DNA of 64,000 bases from Octopus bimaculoides (lineage: Eukaryota). Both the position numbers and the translations under genes were made by a program. Of this stretch, positions 63,030 through 64,000 are shown in pieces. The DNA lies in the NCBI RefSeq assembly GCF_001194135.2, contig NC_068990.1:76197763-76261762 (forward strand), given 5' to 3'. The notes beneath the pieces were generated by a model. That model was not told the origin of the DNA, did no database searches, and saw only the letters and a list, made by a program, of their open reading frames with translations. How positions within the stretch are numbered: the first letter of the stretch is position 1; each line of letters starts with the position of its first letter.

Positions 63030-63445
63030 TGGTGTGTGATAAGAAGTTGGGTTCTCAACTATATGGTTCTGAGTTCAGTCCCACTGCGTGTCACCTTGGG
63101 CAAGTGTCTTCTACTATAGCCTTGGGCAGACCAAAGCCTTGTGAGAGGATTTGATAGACGGAAACTGAAAGAGGCCCGTCGTGTGCGCGCGTGCGTGTGT
63201 GTGTTTGTGTACCTTTGTGCTTGTGTTGGTTTCCCATAACCGCTTGACAACCGGTGTTGGCGAGTTTCCATCCTCGTAACTTAGCGGTTTGGCGGAAGAG
63301 GACGACAGAATAAGTAACAGGCTTTAAAAAATAAGTACTAGGGTGGGGGGTGCGCATTCGTTTGACTAACAATTCTTCGAGGTGGCGCCCTAGCAAAGGC
63401 CGCAGCCTAATGACAGAAACAATTTAAAGATAAAAGATAAAAAGG
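63030..63445 (+). mobile_element. SINE A copy
   Basis: gagttcagtcccactgcgtgtcaccttgggcaagtgtcttc...gaggtggcgccctagca..ggccgcagcctaatgacagaaac. Confidence 0.85.
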
Positions 63446-63489
63446 TAATGACGTCGTAATGTATGATGTTATCAGACATTTTTAATAAC

Positions 63490-63800
63490 GGTTTCAAATT
63501 TTTGTACAAGGCCAGCAATTTTAAAAGGATGATAAAGCAGACCTCGATTTAAAATGTCAGAAGAAATTCCACTCGCTAAGCATTCTGTCCAACGCTATTC
63601 CGCTTCTGCCAGTCCTACCGCGCTAAACATGATTAGCAATAGTCATTTCTAACTTAGCTAAACGGAGATAAATTTTGTGGAAGGGATTAGTCGATTAATT
63701 AAATCTTCTAAATACACGTTAGGCAATTTATTTTAGTGAACCCAAAGATATGGCAGGCGGATTTCACTTTGAACTTAAATATAAAAAGTCCTAACTAAAT
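63490..63800 (-). mobile_element. Two degenerate tandem SINE B copies
   Basis: ggtttcaaatttttgtacaaggccagcaattt...gctaagcatt; second copy gggattagtcgatt...aaagatatggcagg. Confidence 0.6.
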
Positions 63801-64000
63801 ACCAGTGTCTAATCACAGTAATTTACAAAAACAATTTAATGAAGAAGGTTAACTTCATATACAGAATACGCAAGCTATATAATGAGACAATTAACGATAT
63901 CATATCTGGCTGTTCAGTCCTTGCCAGTCCGAGTATATTTACAGAAATGATGGAGCCTGAGATCAGTTATGTAAATATGTACTAGAGAACATAATGTCTA

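Overview
AT-rich, microsatellite-saturated, gap-ridden animal genomic DNA (about 7 kb of N in 18 gaps, nearly all flanked by simple repeats). The repeat content points to a coleoid cephalopod, probably Octopus (inference). I could not recognise any host protein-coding exon; nearly all listed ORFs are microsatellite or gap artefacts. The window is a transposon graveyard. It holds three tRNA-headed SINE families (called A, B and C here; more than 35 copies or fragments), a long decayed Penelope-like element, two R4/Dong subfamilies (one 3' end sitting in (TAA)n), Tx1 and RTE fragments, an APE-type LINE 3' end whose tail matches SINE A, and a LINE 5' end with a CCCH zinc-finger ORF1. DNA transposons include two copies of a DD36E (Incomer-type) Tc1 element, DD34D mariner relics, a maT-like fragment and several MITEs or hairpins. 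The most intriguing signal is a set of degenerate type I hammerhead-ribozyme-like motifs. The best one lies inside a ~425-bp unit bounded by direct repeats (45.5-46.0 kb), suggesting a Penelope-derived, retrozyme-like family. All alignments, identities and folds were done by eye, and boundaries are approximate unless TIR/TA junctions are quoted.
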